From: Octopus sinensis
Lineage: Eukaryota
Direction of reading: 5' to 3'
DNA: 64,000 bases
Assembly (NCBI RefSeq): GCF_006345805.1
Contig: NC_043010.1
Location: 44,144,001 to 44,208,000, forward strand
Shown here in pieces: positions 12,615 through 24,744 of this stretch (position 1 is its first letter; every line of letters starts with the position of its first letter). Below the pieces are notes generated by a model. It was not told the origin of the DNA. It saw only the letters and a program-made list of their open reading frames with translations, and ran no database searches. Both the position numbers and the translations under genes were made by a program.

Positions 12615-12934
12615 GTAAGTTTGTTTCTATTTTATTTATACAATTATCAGTTTGTATAATTGATCTGATGTTACAAATGACTTTTTTCTCCTGCCAAATT
12701 ACATTCACTGTGATTTATCTTCATATGTTTGATGAAGGTAGATTTGTTTACAAATCTTGATATTGACTTGAAATATTCAGTTCTCAGTCAACTGTCTTTT
12801 ACTAATTATTTTCTCAGTTGAATTGCTGTACCTTTTTCGCCATGTATCACTCTGTTTACAATTCTTCAGTCTAGACAGATCTTTTTGAATGTAACATTCT
12901 TTTTCTTAGCTTTTGATTTCTTTGGTGTGTGTGT

Positions 12935-13121
12935 GTAAATGTTTAACGACAAGAAAGAGTGCTCAAGGCTGATGGAGTTCTGTGATGCAAATGACTTGAT
13001 GATCTGCAGCACAAACTTCAGAAAACTTACCAGCTACTTGATTGTCTATCCAGTTGGTTGGCATATAAGTTGGATTGATTGCATTTTCACCAGGTCGGAA
13101 GAGAGATCAGATGAAAAATGC
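12935..13121 (+). mobile_element. Old RTE LINE endonuclease fragment, left part (continues at ~15232-15570)
   Basis: Encodes RLMEFCDANDLMICSTNFRK...IDCIFTR, homologous to RLLEFCDACNLLICNTNFRK...IDFILTR in the younger copy. Confidence 0.85.
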
Positions 13122-15233
13122 CTAAAAAACGATCACCACCACAACAACCCTCTTCTTTTCAGGCGCTGAATTGCACCCCTCCTCCCCACATCTCCTTCCC
13201 AGTTTTCAGAGTTAGCACTGTCAATGTTGGTACATTGAAAGGTAGGTCTAGTGAGATTGTAGAGATGCTTGAGAGAAGACGGGTTGATGTATGCTGCATA
13301 CAAGAGGTAAGATGGAGAGGTGCTTCAGCTAGGGTCCTCACAGGCAAGACACATAGGAACAAAGTCTTCTGGCAAGGTAACATGGATGGTGTAGGGGGTG
13401 TAGGCATTCTCCTTGTGGAGAAATGGGTGGATAAGGTCATAGAGGTTGTCAGGGTTTGTGATAGAGTGCTTAAGCTCAGGTTAGTCCTACAGAGTGGCAC
13501 AGCTACGATTATCTCTGCCTATGCCCCACAAGCGGGACTACCAAATGATCAGAAGGACCACTTTTATGATACCCTACTACAGGCTACCTCAAAGACTAGT
13601 GACAAGGACCTCATCTTTGTGGGTGGAGACTTTAATGGGCATGTTGGGTGGGAATCGGGTATCTTCACTGGGGTACACGGTGGCCATGGTATTGGCACCA
13701 GAAATGATGAAGGAACTAGACTACTGGAATTCTGTGATGCATGTAACCTTTTAATCTGCAACACTAACTTCAGGAAGCCGGACTGCCACCTTATAACCTA
13801 TCAGTCTGGAGACTCCGCTAGCCAAATAGACTTCATCCTCACCAGACAGCGGGATGCAGGGTCGCTCTTAAATACAAAGATCCTCCCGGGTGAAGAATGT
13901 ATCCCTCAGCATAGGCTAATCATTAGTGACTTTAAGCTTGAGGCCAGAAGGACTCCAAGAAACAAACCAATCCAGAAAAGAAGGATTTGGAAGCTAAAGA
14001 ACCTTTCACATGGTCAGAGATTTAGGGACATCCTCATCAAGAAATTTGATGAGAGGAAGGAGGAGCTTCAGATGTCGGACATAGAAGGTAGCTGGGAATT
14101 CCTACGGGACAGCTTGCTGAGTGCCACAGACCAAGTCTGTGGATAGTGCAATGTCCCTTCCAGACCTAGAGTTACGTGGTGGTGGAATAGTGCAGTAGAC
14201 AAAGCCATTAGTGCAAAGAAACAGGCCTGGAAAGCCTGGAGGGATGGGGGTAGCAGGGAACTGAACCAGGTAGCCAAAAGGGAGGTTGGGCGGCAGGTAT
14301 ACATAGCCAAAGATGTAGCAGAAAAGAAGTTTGCCAATGTCCAGCAACGTGAGGACCAAAGAGCTGTGGTATTTCGGATTGCCAGACTGTGTGTGAGAGA
14401 AAATAGTGATGTTACAGGAGAGAAATCTGTCCGCATGGATGATGGGGCACTTGCTTTTAATGTTGGTGAAAAGAAAGAGGCTTGGAGAAGCCATTATGAA
14501 AGACTGCTGAATGTGGAGAATGAATAGGAGGAGGAGAGCCTGCCAAATGTTGACCCAGTAGAGGGACCGGCTATCCAAATAGACAGCTCCCTTGTAGTTA
14601 AGGCAATTAAGGATATGAAACCAGGTAAAGCCCCTGGCCCATCAGGAATCACTGCTGAGATGCTTAAAACAGCTGGCTATGTGGGCTATGGCCTAGTCAC
14701 CCGCATTGTAAACCAGGTAGTTCATAATGGAGTCATACCCAATGACTGGCGTAGCAGCACCATAGTCAACTGCTACAAGGATAAGGGTGATGCTCTAGAT
14801 AGAAATAACTACAGGGGTATTAAACTGTTGGATCAGGTGATGAAGGTCACAGAGAGGGTCATAACCCATCTCATTAGGGAGAGAATTTGCTTAGATGAGA
14901 TGCAGTTTGGTTTTGTGCCGGGTAGAAGCACCACTGATGCTATATTCCTGGTACGACAACTGCAGGAGAAGTACCTAGCTAAAGATAAACCCCTCTACAT
15001 AGCTTTTGTGGACTTGGAGAAAGCCTTCAACAGGGTCCCCCGATCCCTTATCTGGTGGTCGATGCGGAAACTACACTCGCGGAGTGGTTGGCGTTAGGAA
15101 GGGCATCCAGCTGTAGAAACTCTGCCAGATCAGACTGGATTCTGGTGCAGCCCCAGGCTTCCCAGACCCTGGTCGAACCGTCTAACCCGTGCTAGCGTGG
15201 AAAACGGACGTTAAACAATGATGATGATGATGA
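13122..15233 (+). mobile_element. Young RTE-clade LINE: APE endonuclease, linker and N-terminal RT; internally deleted; with 3' UTR and (ATG)n tail
   Basis: One reading frame from ~13122 to 15073 with only two TAG stops. APE motifs TVNVGTL, CIQE, SAYAPQ, GGDFNGHVG, IDFIL; RT motifs YRGIKLL, QFGF, FVDLEKAF. Breaks at WSMRKL, jumps to ...ggcgttaggaagggcatcc... and ends atgatgatgatga. Confidence 0.95.
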
Positions 15234-15570
15234 GAGGGATGGATGGATGGATAGATAGATAAATGCAAAGTTCTACCCTGGTGAAGAATGTACAATCCAA
15301 CATGGATTAGTGGTTTGTGACTCAGTCACAAACCAACCTGGAAGAGGAGAATGTGGAAGCTTAAAGAATTAGTGAGCAGTAAGAAATTTAGAGAAGTACT
15401 AGTTGAAGCATTTGATAAAGAGGAGAAATTAGAGATGTATAGCATAGAAGCCAATTGGAAGTTTCGATGAGACAGCCTACAGAGGGATACAGATTTAATC
15501 TAACCAGTGCAAAGTTCCATCCAAACTGAAGGTGACATGATGGTGGAAAAGTGAGGTAGGCTTGGAAAGA
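15232..15570 (+). mobile_element. Old RTE LINE fragment, right part
   Basis: Encodes NAK..PGEECTIQHGLVVCD...KRRMWKLK...NWKF and VTWWW, colinear continuation of 12935-13121. Confidence 0.8.
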
Positions 15571-16140
15571 CTGCCATACTAACTTGTACTTGTGACTGCG
15601 TTCACCCAGGGTTGGTTGAGCCGGCTCCTTCTTGACCCGCATTGTGTGAGGTCACTGGAGATAGCGAGCCATTCGTGGTTCCATCTGCGAAGACCGACCA
15701 CCTGTGGACCTGAGAGTTCGGAGAGGTCCTCCTTTATCATCATTGCCACATCTCATTCTTAACACCCTTTCATCTCCGCCATTGATTGCACCCTCCTGCT
15801 TTGTTTGTTACTCACTATATGTGCCTCTCTGCCTTCCATCTGTATCATTGAGTGTTTCTGTCTTTTACCCTCTTCTTCTATGCTTCTCCTTTACCCACCA
15901 CCCAACACATTGTATCAGTATTTCTCTGTCTACAGTTTTATTATACTGCTGGTCTCAGTCCTTTCTGTACTGTCATTATCTTCTCGAGTCGTTTTTATTT
16001 CTTTCACATTCCCCACCAAACTCATATTCACCATCAATCAAGCTTCCAGCCTTGTTCACCATTCACTACTGTCATCTTCTCACACTCTTGCAAATTTACC
16101 CATTGTTTCCTGATTCTTTCTCTATTGTCTCTTCTGTGTA
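15570..16140 (+). mobile_element. Probable RTE 3' region / long pyrimidine-rich 3' UTR remnant
   Basis: CT-rich low-complexity tract directly after the RTE remnant; the overlapping ORFs are compositional noise. Confidence 0.4.
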
Positions 16141-16941
16141 AATAGTTTGTAGGGGTCAGTTTAATTTTATTGTATTGCTAATAAATTGTTTGGCCTACGT
16201 GGCTATTCACAGTGAAGTCTGATAACATATCAAAAGCACATTTTGTTTATTTTTTTCACAATTACTAATTGCTACTGTTGTCTGATAAGTAAATTTATTC
16301 TTCAATGTTTGGTTTGATACATTAATTTTGCTGATTAAATTAAAAATAAATACTTTTACAATACTTCTTTACTTGACTATTTTTAAATCTCTTAAATTAG
16401 ATCTGCCTGTCAACATGCCTTTGCCCATCAATTTTGGTAAATTGTGTTCAAAATAAGAGGACAATCAATATTTCTATAGTAATGGTTATTTTGAATATCA
16501 TTTGGAACACATTTGTAGTGTGCTTTATTTTGGAATATGTCTGCTAATAAGACAGTGTTTAATTCAATTTGCAGTGATAAAAATTAATAGTGATTGAAGT
16601 AAAAGGAATAGATTAGTCTACTTCATATTCCTCTCCTTAACTTTTTTGTTTTTTTTTTAAATTTTTGTTTTTTAAAATTCTGATCACACTGCATTGCATT
16701 GATTCTCTCTAAATGTTTATAGGTTTCTTTTGTCTGGGTACAAAGTTCTGTATTTTAGTTAAAACAAAATTGTGCTATGACAATTGTGTTTTCCCCACAG
16801 TATTAGTAAAGAAAGTGAAATGGCTCTAATAGTGAGTCAAAAATGGAAAATGATTTGTGCTTGTCAGGAGTTTAAATCTCTTTTTGCAGCAACCCCCATG
16901 CTCTATCAAAAATTAATATATTCTTTGAAATTTTTTTCCAG

Positions 16942-16994
16942 ATAATCATGATATCTTATCAGTCAAATTTTATGAATTGGAGGCTCCTGAAGTG
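16942..16994 (+). CDS. LMAN2: VIP36-like lectin coding exon (DNHDILSVKFYELEAPEV)
   Basis: tttccag|AT acceptor, GTG|gtaagt donor; 53 nt, phase 1 to 0. Confidence 0.94.
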
Positions 16995-17085
16995 GTAAGT
17001 AATTTCTTGACATTTCGGGTTTCAAAATTTAATTTTCTTTATCAGTGACATTGTAATGTTAATTTGTAACATTTTTCTTCTTCAG

Positions 17086-17143
17086 GATGCAGAAAATTTT
17101 AAAGATGTTGTTCCTTCTGCAGATTTCTCTGCTCAACCTAGAG
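17086..17143 (+). CDS. LMAN2: VIP36-like lectin coding exon, stalk (DAENFKDVVPSADFSAQPR-D)
   Basis: cttcag|GAT acceptor, G|gtaaga donor; 58 nt, phase 0 to 1. Confidence 0.92.
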
Positions 17144-17389
17144 GTAAGATTACTGTTTCTAATATTTCCTTATAACTATCTGTTGTTATCTCAAAGCATC
17201 ACCCCTAGGTTATGTTGATTGCTTTGCATTCATTTTTTATGTTTATTACAACTAAAATATTTTTCTACCAACTTTTACTATTTACATTAAATTATTGGAG
17301 AAACCATGCTATTCTTACAGATGTTCATTAACAGTAAATGGAATTGGTTTTCTTGGCAGAGAAAGAAGTGTAATATGTTTAACCTAAAG

Positions 17390-17703
17390 CAGTGGTTCTC
17401 TATTAATGTTCGTTTGGACCCTGAAGGTCCATATAAGATTTTTGGGGACACACATAAAATAGTAAATTTAGGATCCACAATAGTATTTTAAGGGCCCCTG
17501 AAAAGATTTTGCTTTAGATGTATGTATTGTAAGAAACAGCTGGGTTTCTTTTTCTAACATTTTACTTAGTTCAATTTACACGAGTTAATATGTGAAAAAC
17601 GAAACAAAAATTTTGAAAGAAGTTCCTATAAAGTTAATTTTAAACATAGAATGAATATGGTGGTTCACCAGAATAAAAGATATAAAGTGGTTGAGAACCC
17701 CTG
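17390..17703. mobile_element. hAT-type MITE
   Basis: TIRs CAGTGGTTCTC / GAGAACCCCTG; body shared with 57594-57939. Confidence 0.75.
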
Positions 17704-19197
17704 AAAGGTCACCACAGATTAGCTATTGTAAACCTTACATACATTAGCACAAAATATGTTACTAATATGTTGAGTGTCAGTTTTGCTGGTTTTGTCCTTG
17801 TGACTATATATGAGCTCTTCCCTGCAAATTACTAAAGCTTTGTTGCTTGTAGCAATAATTATAATAATCTTTATTATTTATGAATAGGTTGGCTCAGCCA
17901 TTCAGCATTATTTGTGACAGTGCTGGTAATGATATTCAAACTTCCAACCTCTTGGATTGTGGACTGTGGACTGTATTGATTTATCTGTGACTCATTAATT
18001 TTTGAGAATTTCTCACTAATTGTAACAGGTTAAATTGGATTGTATCATGATAGTCAATCTATATGTGTTAACAGAAAGCCATAGTTGTTTTATTAATATT
18101 AAATTAATATGTTCCATTGTAGTAAACTGTTTAAAATATGTTGGAGAGGACATGCAGAAAAATTGACAATTGTCAAATTTTCTGTACTTCATTATCTGTA
18201 CTCTAGCAAGTGTCCTGCTTATTTAACATAAATATAGGAGGATCTTACATATGTAATGTAGTAAGTTAAAAACTTCAATGAACCAAGGTTTAACCAAACA
18301 ACTAGAATAAAAAAAACTTATGAAGTGTTTAAAATCTAAAAAACAAACATATTTTCAATAAAATTGATCAGAATTTTGGGGTAATATAGACAATGTCAAG
18401 ATTTTGTCTTTGAAACTAACTGGTGAAAGTAAGGGACATGTTTTGGTCTTAGACCTCCTCACTAAAGCATATTATATACAGTTTGACAAGTCTGTATGAT
18501 CAGTATATATAGAAACAGAAATTATGATTAAATTTGCTTTTAATTCTAAGTCAAAATTGTTTTTGGAGAACCTTTTTATCTTTCTGGCATAACTCTAAAA
18601 TCTAATTTTTCCTGAGAAACTGTGACCGTGGTTTGTAATTACCTCCCTTCATGTAGTCCTTTCTACTTGAATCATGACAAATAATCTGATGCTCTGTCAC
18701 GGATTTATATTGTACGGTGTTAAGCCAAAATTCATCATCAAATCCCCCCCCCCTCCTTTAAAAAATTTTTTTCGTATGATGGCATGGATTGGATGACTGT
18801 TGCCACAGAATCTCATCACTTTTACCTCTTTCTCTTTCTGATTCAAACAGCAGAGAAAACTGCTAGTCTTTGTTATTGTGTGTGTAATCCTTTTGAGACT
18901 TGGTACATTTTATCTTGCCACTGGTACAAGAGAAATGCATATGATGGAACTAAATAGCCCTCCACATTCGATCAGTTTTTTTTTTTTTAATCACTGTTAC
19001 TTATCTGTTTTCTTGATGGCTTACACATTCAACATGTCCTCCAGTCAAAATTATGTGTTTTTCAAGAATTATTCTGCAACTCAATTTGAGTTGCATTTCA
19101 TTGGTGGGAATGATTCTTGTAGAGGTTCGCTTACCTCTATAAAGTGCCATGAGCTTAAGGTGGCGATAAAAACTGTTTTTTTTTTTTACTATTTCAG

Positions 19198-19343
19198 ATC
19201 ATGTAGCTGTCAACCCTTCATCATGGAGTGCATGGAAAATAATTACACTAATTATAATTGTCATTGGTTTTGTGATTGGTGCTTTTGTACTGATCTATGC
19301 CTACCAGAAACACCAAGAAGGAAAACGTAAAAGATTTTATTAA
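19198..19343 (+). CDS. LMAN2: VIP36-like lectin terminal coding exon: TM helix and KRKRFY tail
   Basis: tttcag|AT acceptor; HVAVNPSSWSAWKIITLIIIVIGFVIGAFVLIYAYQKHQEGKRKRFY, TAA at 19341-19343. Confidence 0.96.
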
Positions 19344-22300
19344 GAAGAAATGTAAATTAAATAAAATAAACTTGAAAAAAAAAAATTAAATATGAAATGT
19401 AAAATTTATTGGGCATAATCAAGTGATTTGATAGGAGTCTACAGTGCTATTGAGATGGTGAGTGATAGTATGAGGTGGGATTGAGGACTGGTAGCTAAGT
19501 CTTGTTAATTACACATAACAAAAGTTATTAATCTGTTGTCCTCATTTTCTCAGTCATCCCCATCCCCCTTTATTTTAGAAATTAGTATAGCCAGTGAGCT
19601 CTGTCTACCACACCTCTTTCTGTTGATCTCCCAAAGTTCACTGTGTTTGTAGGTCTTATACTTTTCTATATTTTCCTTGTCCAAAAATGATTTTGTTGAT
19701 AAATTTCCTTTAGTCATGCTAGACAGGTGGTTTTTGTATTGATGAGGTGTTGAGAGCATGCCTGGTAATGATAGTATTTAAATGTGTGTTTGATTTATAT
19801 GGTGATTAAAACATAAAGGAGGCATAAGATTCAATGTAAATAAAACAATTTCTTTAGATTTATACCTAAATTGGTCACCAGGAATAAGTTATAAATTTCT
19901 TTGAAAAAAAAAGAAACTATACAAACAGTAACCTCCTAAAATAAAATTGTTTCCTTATGCAGCTGATAAAGTATTTTGTCTCCAGTTTTGAATCAGACTG
20001 ACACAAAATATATTTTCAATTTAGGAATATTTCCTTTGGTGCAATTGGCAGTCATTGAAGCAAAACTGGATTTATTCTTTCCTTACCTGTAATCATGAAA
20101 GAAATAGAATTTGTGGCAAAACTGGTTATAAATATCATAGTAGATCAAATAGTGATAGTGAGAATAGTTGCTTTGTTTGTAGGCACTTCTACACTGCTGC
20201 AACTAGCATCTGGATTTTTGGTCTCTCAAGAGAACCAACATTACATCTCTTTGTGTTTCCTCAAATAGATGTGTAAAATCTCGCTCTCAAAATTACAGAG
20301 GTTGTATACTGTACTTATTTTAAAGTGAGCAACAAAATGTTTTGTGTTTGTCTTGTGATCTAAACAAATGTCTGTTGTAATTTCTACAGTATAAACTGCA
20401 ATTTGTGCAATCAATGCTTATAAACTTGTCTTCCAGAATTGGCATTTGTCTCACTGTTACCTTTGAATCAAATGCATGTGTGAAAAACACACACTATAAA
20501 GATAAGTTATTGACCATCATGTCTAATGTGTCTAATATATTTCCCTTCCCAAAATGGTTTTTCTTTTGAGCTTGGAAATATTAATGAACATGGTGAGATG
20601 GCAGAACTAGATGACATGTTTTATGCTATTTAGTTTCCTCCTCCTATAATTCTGAATTTAATACTGCCAAGGTTGACTTAGAAATACTGGTCTCCTATCT
20701 AGTTTAAAGAAATTGATGTTATTAACTAAAACTGACAATTTGAAAATTATGACTATAAGATAGATTTCAAAAACATTTTAAATACTAAAACTTTCTTTTC
20801 ATTACCAAATTTATTTGAGTTGTAATTATTAATAAAAACATACCTAAAATTCACTACAGCATTTTACCTTGAAGCAATAGGAAGGCGAACTTCCTGAGCT
20901 TATACAAACAGTAGATACTGCTGAATTAATTTATTTTGAAGCATGGCAATATTAAGGATTTTTGTAGAATCATTTTTAACACTATTCAATACATACACAC
21001 GTCACTAGCCTAGTTGTATATAATTTCTTACTGCTCTTAATTTTCAATTTCTAAGTGTTACCATACTTTGAATTAATCTCTACCGTTAGTTACATCTCTT
21101 TATGGTCTTAGTTCAAATGACATTTGTATCATTTATATACTGAAGTTGATTAGGTTGGCTGTACCCCTTCCTTCATGTTATGGCCATGTACTAATGGTAG
21201 AAATTATTATTATTAGTGTTAAATATTAAGTGAAATTTTACATGGTTTATGTGTGTGTGTGTCTTATAAAATAACTTGTGTCAAAACTGCCATCATTCCT
21301 ATTTGTTTATATAAAAAAAAATCAAGTCTCCCTTCCCTCCATTTAAAAAAGAAATTACAGTGAACTTTGAAAAATGTAAATGGTCCTTCTGAATATTCAA
21401 GAAATACCTCAACACTGTCATATCTTGGGCCTAGTTTCTGAGTGACTAACTTTTGTTTAATGTGAATATTTAAATCTTATTTTATAAGCTTTCTAAAAAA
21501 AAAAAAAAGGAAAAGAATAGAAATCGAAAAAAAAATTTTTTTTTACCCCCCCCGTAAACTGGCTCATTTGTTTTTGGTCTTTCATATGATGTTTAAATTT
21601 TGGAAGGAAAATATGCCCATCTTTTTAATACTTATAAATAAAAAATATTTTTGAAAATATTATAATTGTAAATATTTCTTTCTAAGTTCATTTTGTTTAT
21701 GGTATTTCAGACCTTTTCAAAGTCTTAGTGCATTTCTGATGGCTAAATCTTTGCTTATAGCCTCTCAGGGTTAAAAAAATAACACTAACTGTCTATCAAA
21801 TGTTCTTATAATTAAGAACATTCGATAGACAGTTATGTTATTTTTTAAGCCTAAGTCAGTCCTGATCAAGCTTCTGAGGAGAGGTCTGTTTGATTCAGGA
21901 CTGATTTTTGCCCAATTTCTTCTTTGTTGGAAAGCAAAGTCAACACTACTAGTATTTAAAGCCAATTGTGGTAACAATGTCAAAGCATATCATCTGGTAT
22001 TCTACACAAGGCCTTGAATTCATAGAAGAAATAAAATGTGGTTGGGTAACATTGTTTGAGCAGACCTACACGTGATCAAAAGTGTTTCACTTATACCTTC
22101 TCATCTAACTTTCAGACAGCGTATCAAAGACTAGAGTATCCAATGTATCCTTTCTAAGATGTGATTTGAAAGTGATTTGACTGCTATTGCCTGTTGAACT
22201 CCTATGCAGATGCTCCCTCTCTATGCTTTTATAATAAACAATGCCAGTATTAATAATCACAAAAACTTCTGTGATTAAGATTTAAAATTTGTTTGTCCTA

Positions 22301-23044
22301 ATATCACTTGGAACAAGGCTTACTCTTCTCCAGCACAGATCTGCTACTTACTTTTCAAAGGGTTGGTTGTAAATTTAATTGAACCTAGAATATAGTAATT
22401 GAGTCTCTTGCAGTTTCTGCTACTCCACTGCCAACATTGTCTGAATATGCCTGTTTTCTTTTTTCAAGTGCCTGTACTTTGTTACAGTGACATTTAGAGC
22501 ATATTATCACTTGCAATAATTCTTTTACATTCTTTTATGTATGAATTTATATCTCTCATAAATTACTTTCTTATGGTTTGTGTCAAATACTGTCCTAATT
22601 CTAATATTCCTTAGTTTCATCTACATTGATCTAGAATAGATTGCAACCTTTTTTTTTGGAAAAAGTTACCTGTGAAAGATTAACCTTTTATGCAACAGAT
22701 TTCTTTCATCTGTTAGGGCAAAGGAAACAGGAGTTGGGCTAAATCCCACAAACATTTGCAACTTTTGATTCTTGGCTCGTTCATTTTGTATATTTCTTGT
22801 AGTGTTAGTTTAATGGTTTTCTCTCATGAAATGATCTTTATTTAAATGTCTCTCTGATACAGTATATTACATTGTGCTGATTGTAGGAGTATTGATGGCT
22901 TCAGTTTGATGCCAAAGGTATCTTAGTGTGCTTTTTTTTTTTTTTACAGTAAGTAATGTTGAGTTAGGGATTTTGATAAGTCCACAGGAAGTAGACATTT
23001 TATATAAAAATCTCTTTATCATAGTCAATATCTTCTAAATTGCA

Positions 23045-23280
23045 ACCAGCATGGCTTTCGTAATGGGAGGGACTGTCTAATACTACTCCTCCACTGTTTT
23101 GATGACATCGTAAATGCACTAAATGAAGGCTCCAATGCCAATGTCATATACATTGATTTCAGCAAGGCCTTTGACAGAGTCGACTACTATATGCTGTTAA
23201 AGAAATTATCCAACGCTGGAGTCACTGGAAAGCTACTTCAGTGGATTAAGTATTTCCTAACAAATAGGACCCACCATGCA
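23045..23280 (+). mobile_element. CR1-type LINE reverse transcriptase fragment
   Basis: Open frame NQHGFRNGRDCL...VIYIDFSKAFDRVD...GVTGKLLQWIKYFLTNR. Confidence 0.9.
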
Positions 23281-23899
23281 CTGAAAATTGAGATCAAGCG
23301 AGCTTTTGCCCTTTTGCTTGTGAGTTTAGTAGTGATGGACTGATAGATCATGTCTCTTCTTTAAAACGTTGACTTTACCCAACACCAACTTTGAAGTCGT
23401 TGGGTGATGTTCCCATTGTTTTTATGATTTCCAGTGCCTTGAGAATATATCAGTTGTGCTGAATCTGCTACTAACTATTCTGCATGATCATCTCTTCAAA
23501 TTTTAGAAGTGCTACAGATTTCCTTATGCTTGCCTTCTCCAACTTCAGTAGGAATTGAAATAAACTTGTCTTTGTGTACACTAGAGTTGGAGATTAGACA
23601 CACAACATCCAAAATAGCAATTAACTACTCAGTTTTCATTTTCCTCTCCATATAAAGTTGCCTTCAATTTCTCTGCACTTGTGTACTGTTTACTTAGCCA
23701 CTATGATAAAAAATAATTGCGTGAAAAGAACCTCTATTTTCATTAGTAAATGATAAATACTCTGCACGTCCATGACATGGCCAAGTGCATATCATTGTAC
23801 AAACTCAATAGTTTAAACACAAGTATGCAGCTAAATGATTTCCCAGAAAAAAAATGATTGTGTGATTTCCATAAAGTTTACTTCACAGAAAGTGCAATT

Positions 23900-24737
23900 T
23901 TACAATCTTTGCTGGTTAAGTTCAAATGTCACTTTTAAGAAGTGTGAATTTTTTTAATGTAACAAGTTTTGCTGGTCATGTTACATGGAAACCATCAGTG
24001 CTTGAAAAAGTAGTAGTTGGTAGGAGAAAAATCTAGGGAATAAGCTGGGAGGGGAAGAACTTCGTAGCCAAGTTCCCTCAACTTCTGGAGCATCATTAGT
24101 GAAATATTTGATCGAGCATTGTCATGAAGAATGATTGGCCCTCTTATAATTGACCAGTCTGGGATGGAAGAGTAGCAGTTTTTTATTCATTTTGGCAATA
24201 TGTTTCTGCAGTAATGGTTTTTCTGGGTTTTAAGAAGTTATAGTGGATGAGTCCAGCAGTATGTCACTAAACAGTTACCATTGCCTTCTTTTTGAAGAGC
24301 TCGGGTTTATGGAAGGTTTTCACTGCTTCATTTTGGTTCAGCCACTGCGAAGAATGTTTTTTATTATTGTACAGAATCCACTTTTCATCGCAAGTTGCAA
24401 TACAGTTGAGAAATGGATTGGTCTGGTTATGGAGGAGTGACAAGCAAATTTCATATCTGCGCATTTTATGATTTTCATTCAAATTGTGTGGTACCCATTT
24501 GTTGAGCTTTTTTGATTTTCCAATCACATGCAAATGGTTGCAGGCAGTTTTCTGACTAGCTTGAAGTTCTTTTGCCAGTTCCCGATTGGTTTTACGTGGA
24601 TCTTTCTCAATGACGGTCTTTAATTGACTGCCATCAATGACAGATGGGCATCCACAATCTTTAAGGCTCAGGTCTCCACTGTGAAATCGTTTAAACCATT
24701 TTCGAGCTGACCACTCATCTATCCTAAGTGTCCTCAT
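23900..24737 (-). mobile_element. Mariner transposase pseudogene, 5'-truncated
   Basis: WFKRF, KWVPHNL, TCDEKW, HDNAR and AYSLD(F) motifs (DD34D family); stops and frameshifts downstream of ORF 24267-24737. Confidence 0.9.
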
Positions 24738-24744
24738 TGACCAT

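Larger units (their letters stand above)
1285..19343 (+). other. LMAN2: VIP36/VIPL-type L-type lectin gene (LMAN2/LMAN2L family), 3' seven coding exons; 5' exons lie upstream of the window
   Basis: Hand-spliced ORF: PVLVRNWELHVQFKVHGAGRTLYGDGFSIWYTRDRMELGPVFGNRDYFSGLAIFLDTYSNHNGPHNHAHPYISAMVNNGSLSYDHDADGTHTELSGCEAQFRNKDHDTHISIRYIDGILFVYIDIDNKNVWKECFTVKGVHLPTGYYVGVSAATGELADNHDILSVKFYELEAPEVDAENFKDVVPSADFSAQPRDHVAVNPSSWSAWKIITLIIIVIGFVIGAFVLIYAYQKHQEGKRKRFY*. It carries the VIP36 motifs GDG, FLDTY-N, YDH, LPTGYY and DNHD, a TM helix and a KRFY tail. All introns are GT-AG with matching phases. LMAN2 versus LMAN2L orthology cannot be separated (probably a single co-ortholog). Confidence 0.96.

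Noticed and set aside
13118-13120. ATG as the genuine start codon of the RTE ORF
   Set aside because: It appears to lie in the left target-site copy from the older RTE (aaaaatgc versus ataaatgc on the right), so it is probably fortuitous. Not fully excluded.
15061-15233. LINE-SINE template-switch chimera
   Set aside because: Three other RTE ends in the window show this block is the RTE's own 3' UTR, so an internal deletion is the simpler explanation.
15704-16145. Three overlapping ORFs of 97-145 aa
   Set aside because: They arise from a CT-rich low-complexity repeat tract depleted of stop codons; no domain features.
18380-18760. piggyBac transposase C-terminal remnant
   Set aside because: Only vague peptide resemblance on the minus strand; no catalytic motif or TIR could be confirmed.
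18878-19330. 150-aa ORF overlapping the last VIP36 exon
   Set aside because: Mostly intronic AT-rich sequence; overlaps the true exon in a different frame; no recognisable domain.
23045-23700. Twin-priming inversion
   Set aside because: Segment order and orientation do not fit (the forward piece lacks the 3' tail and precedes the inverted piece).
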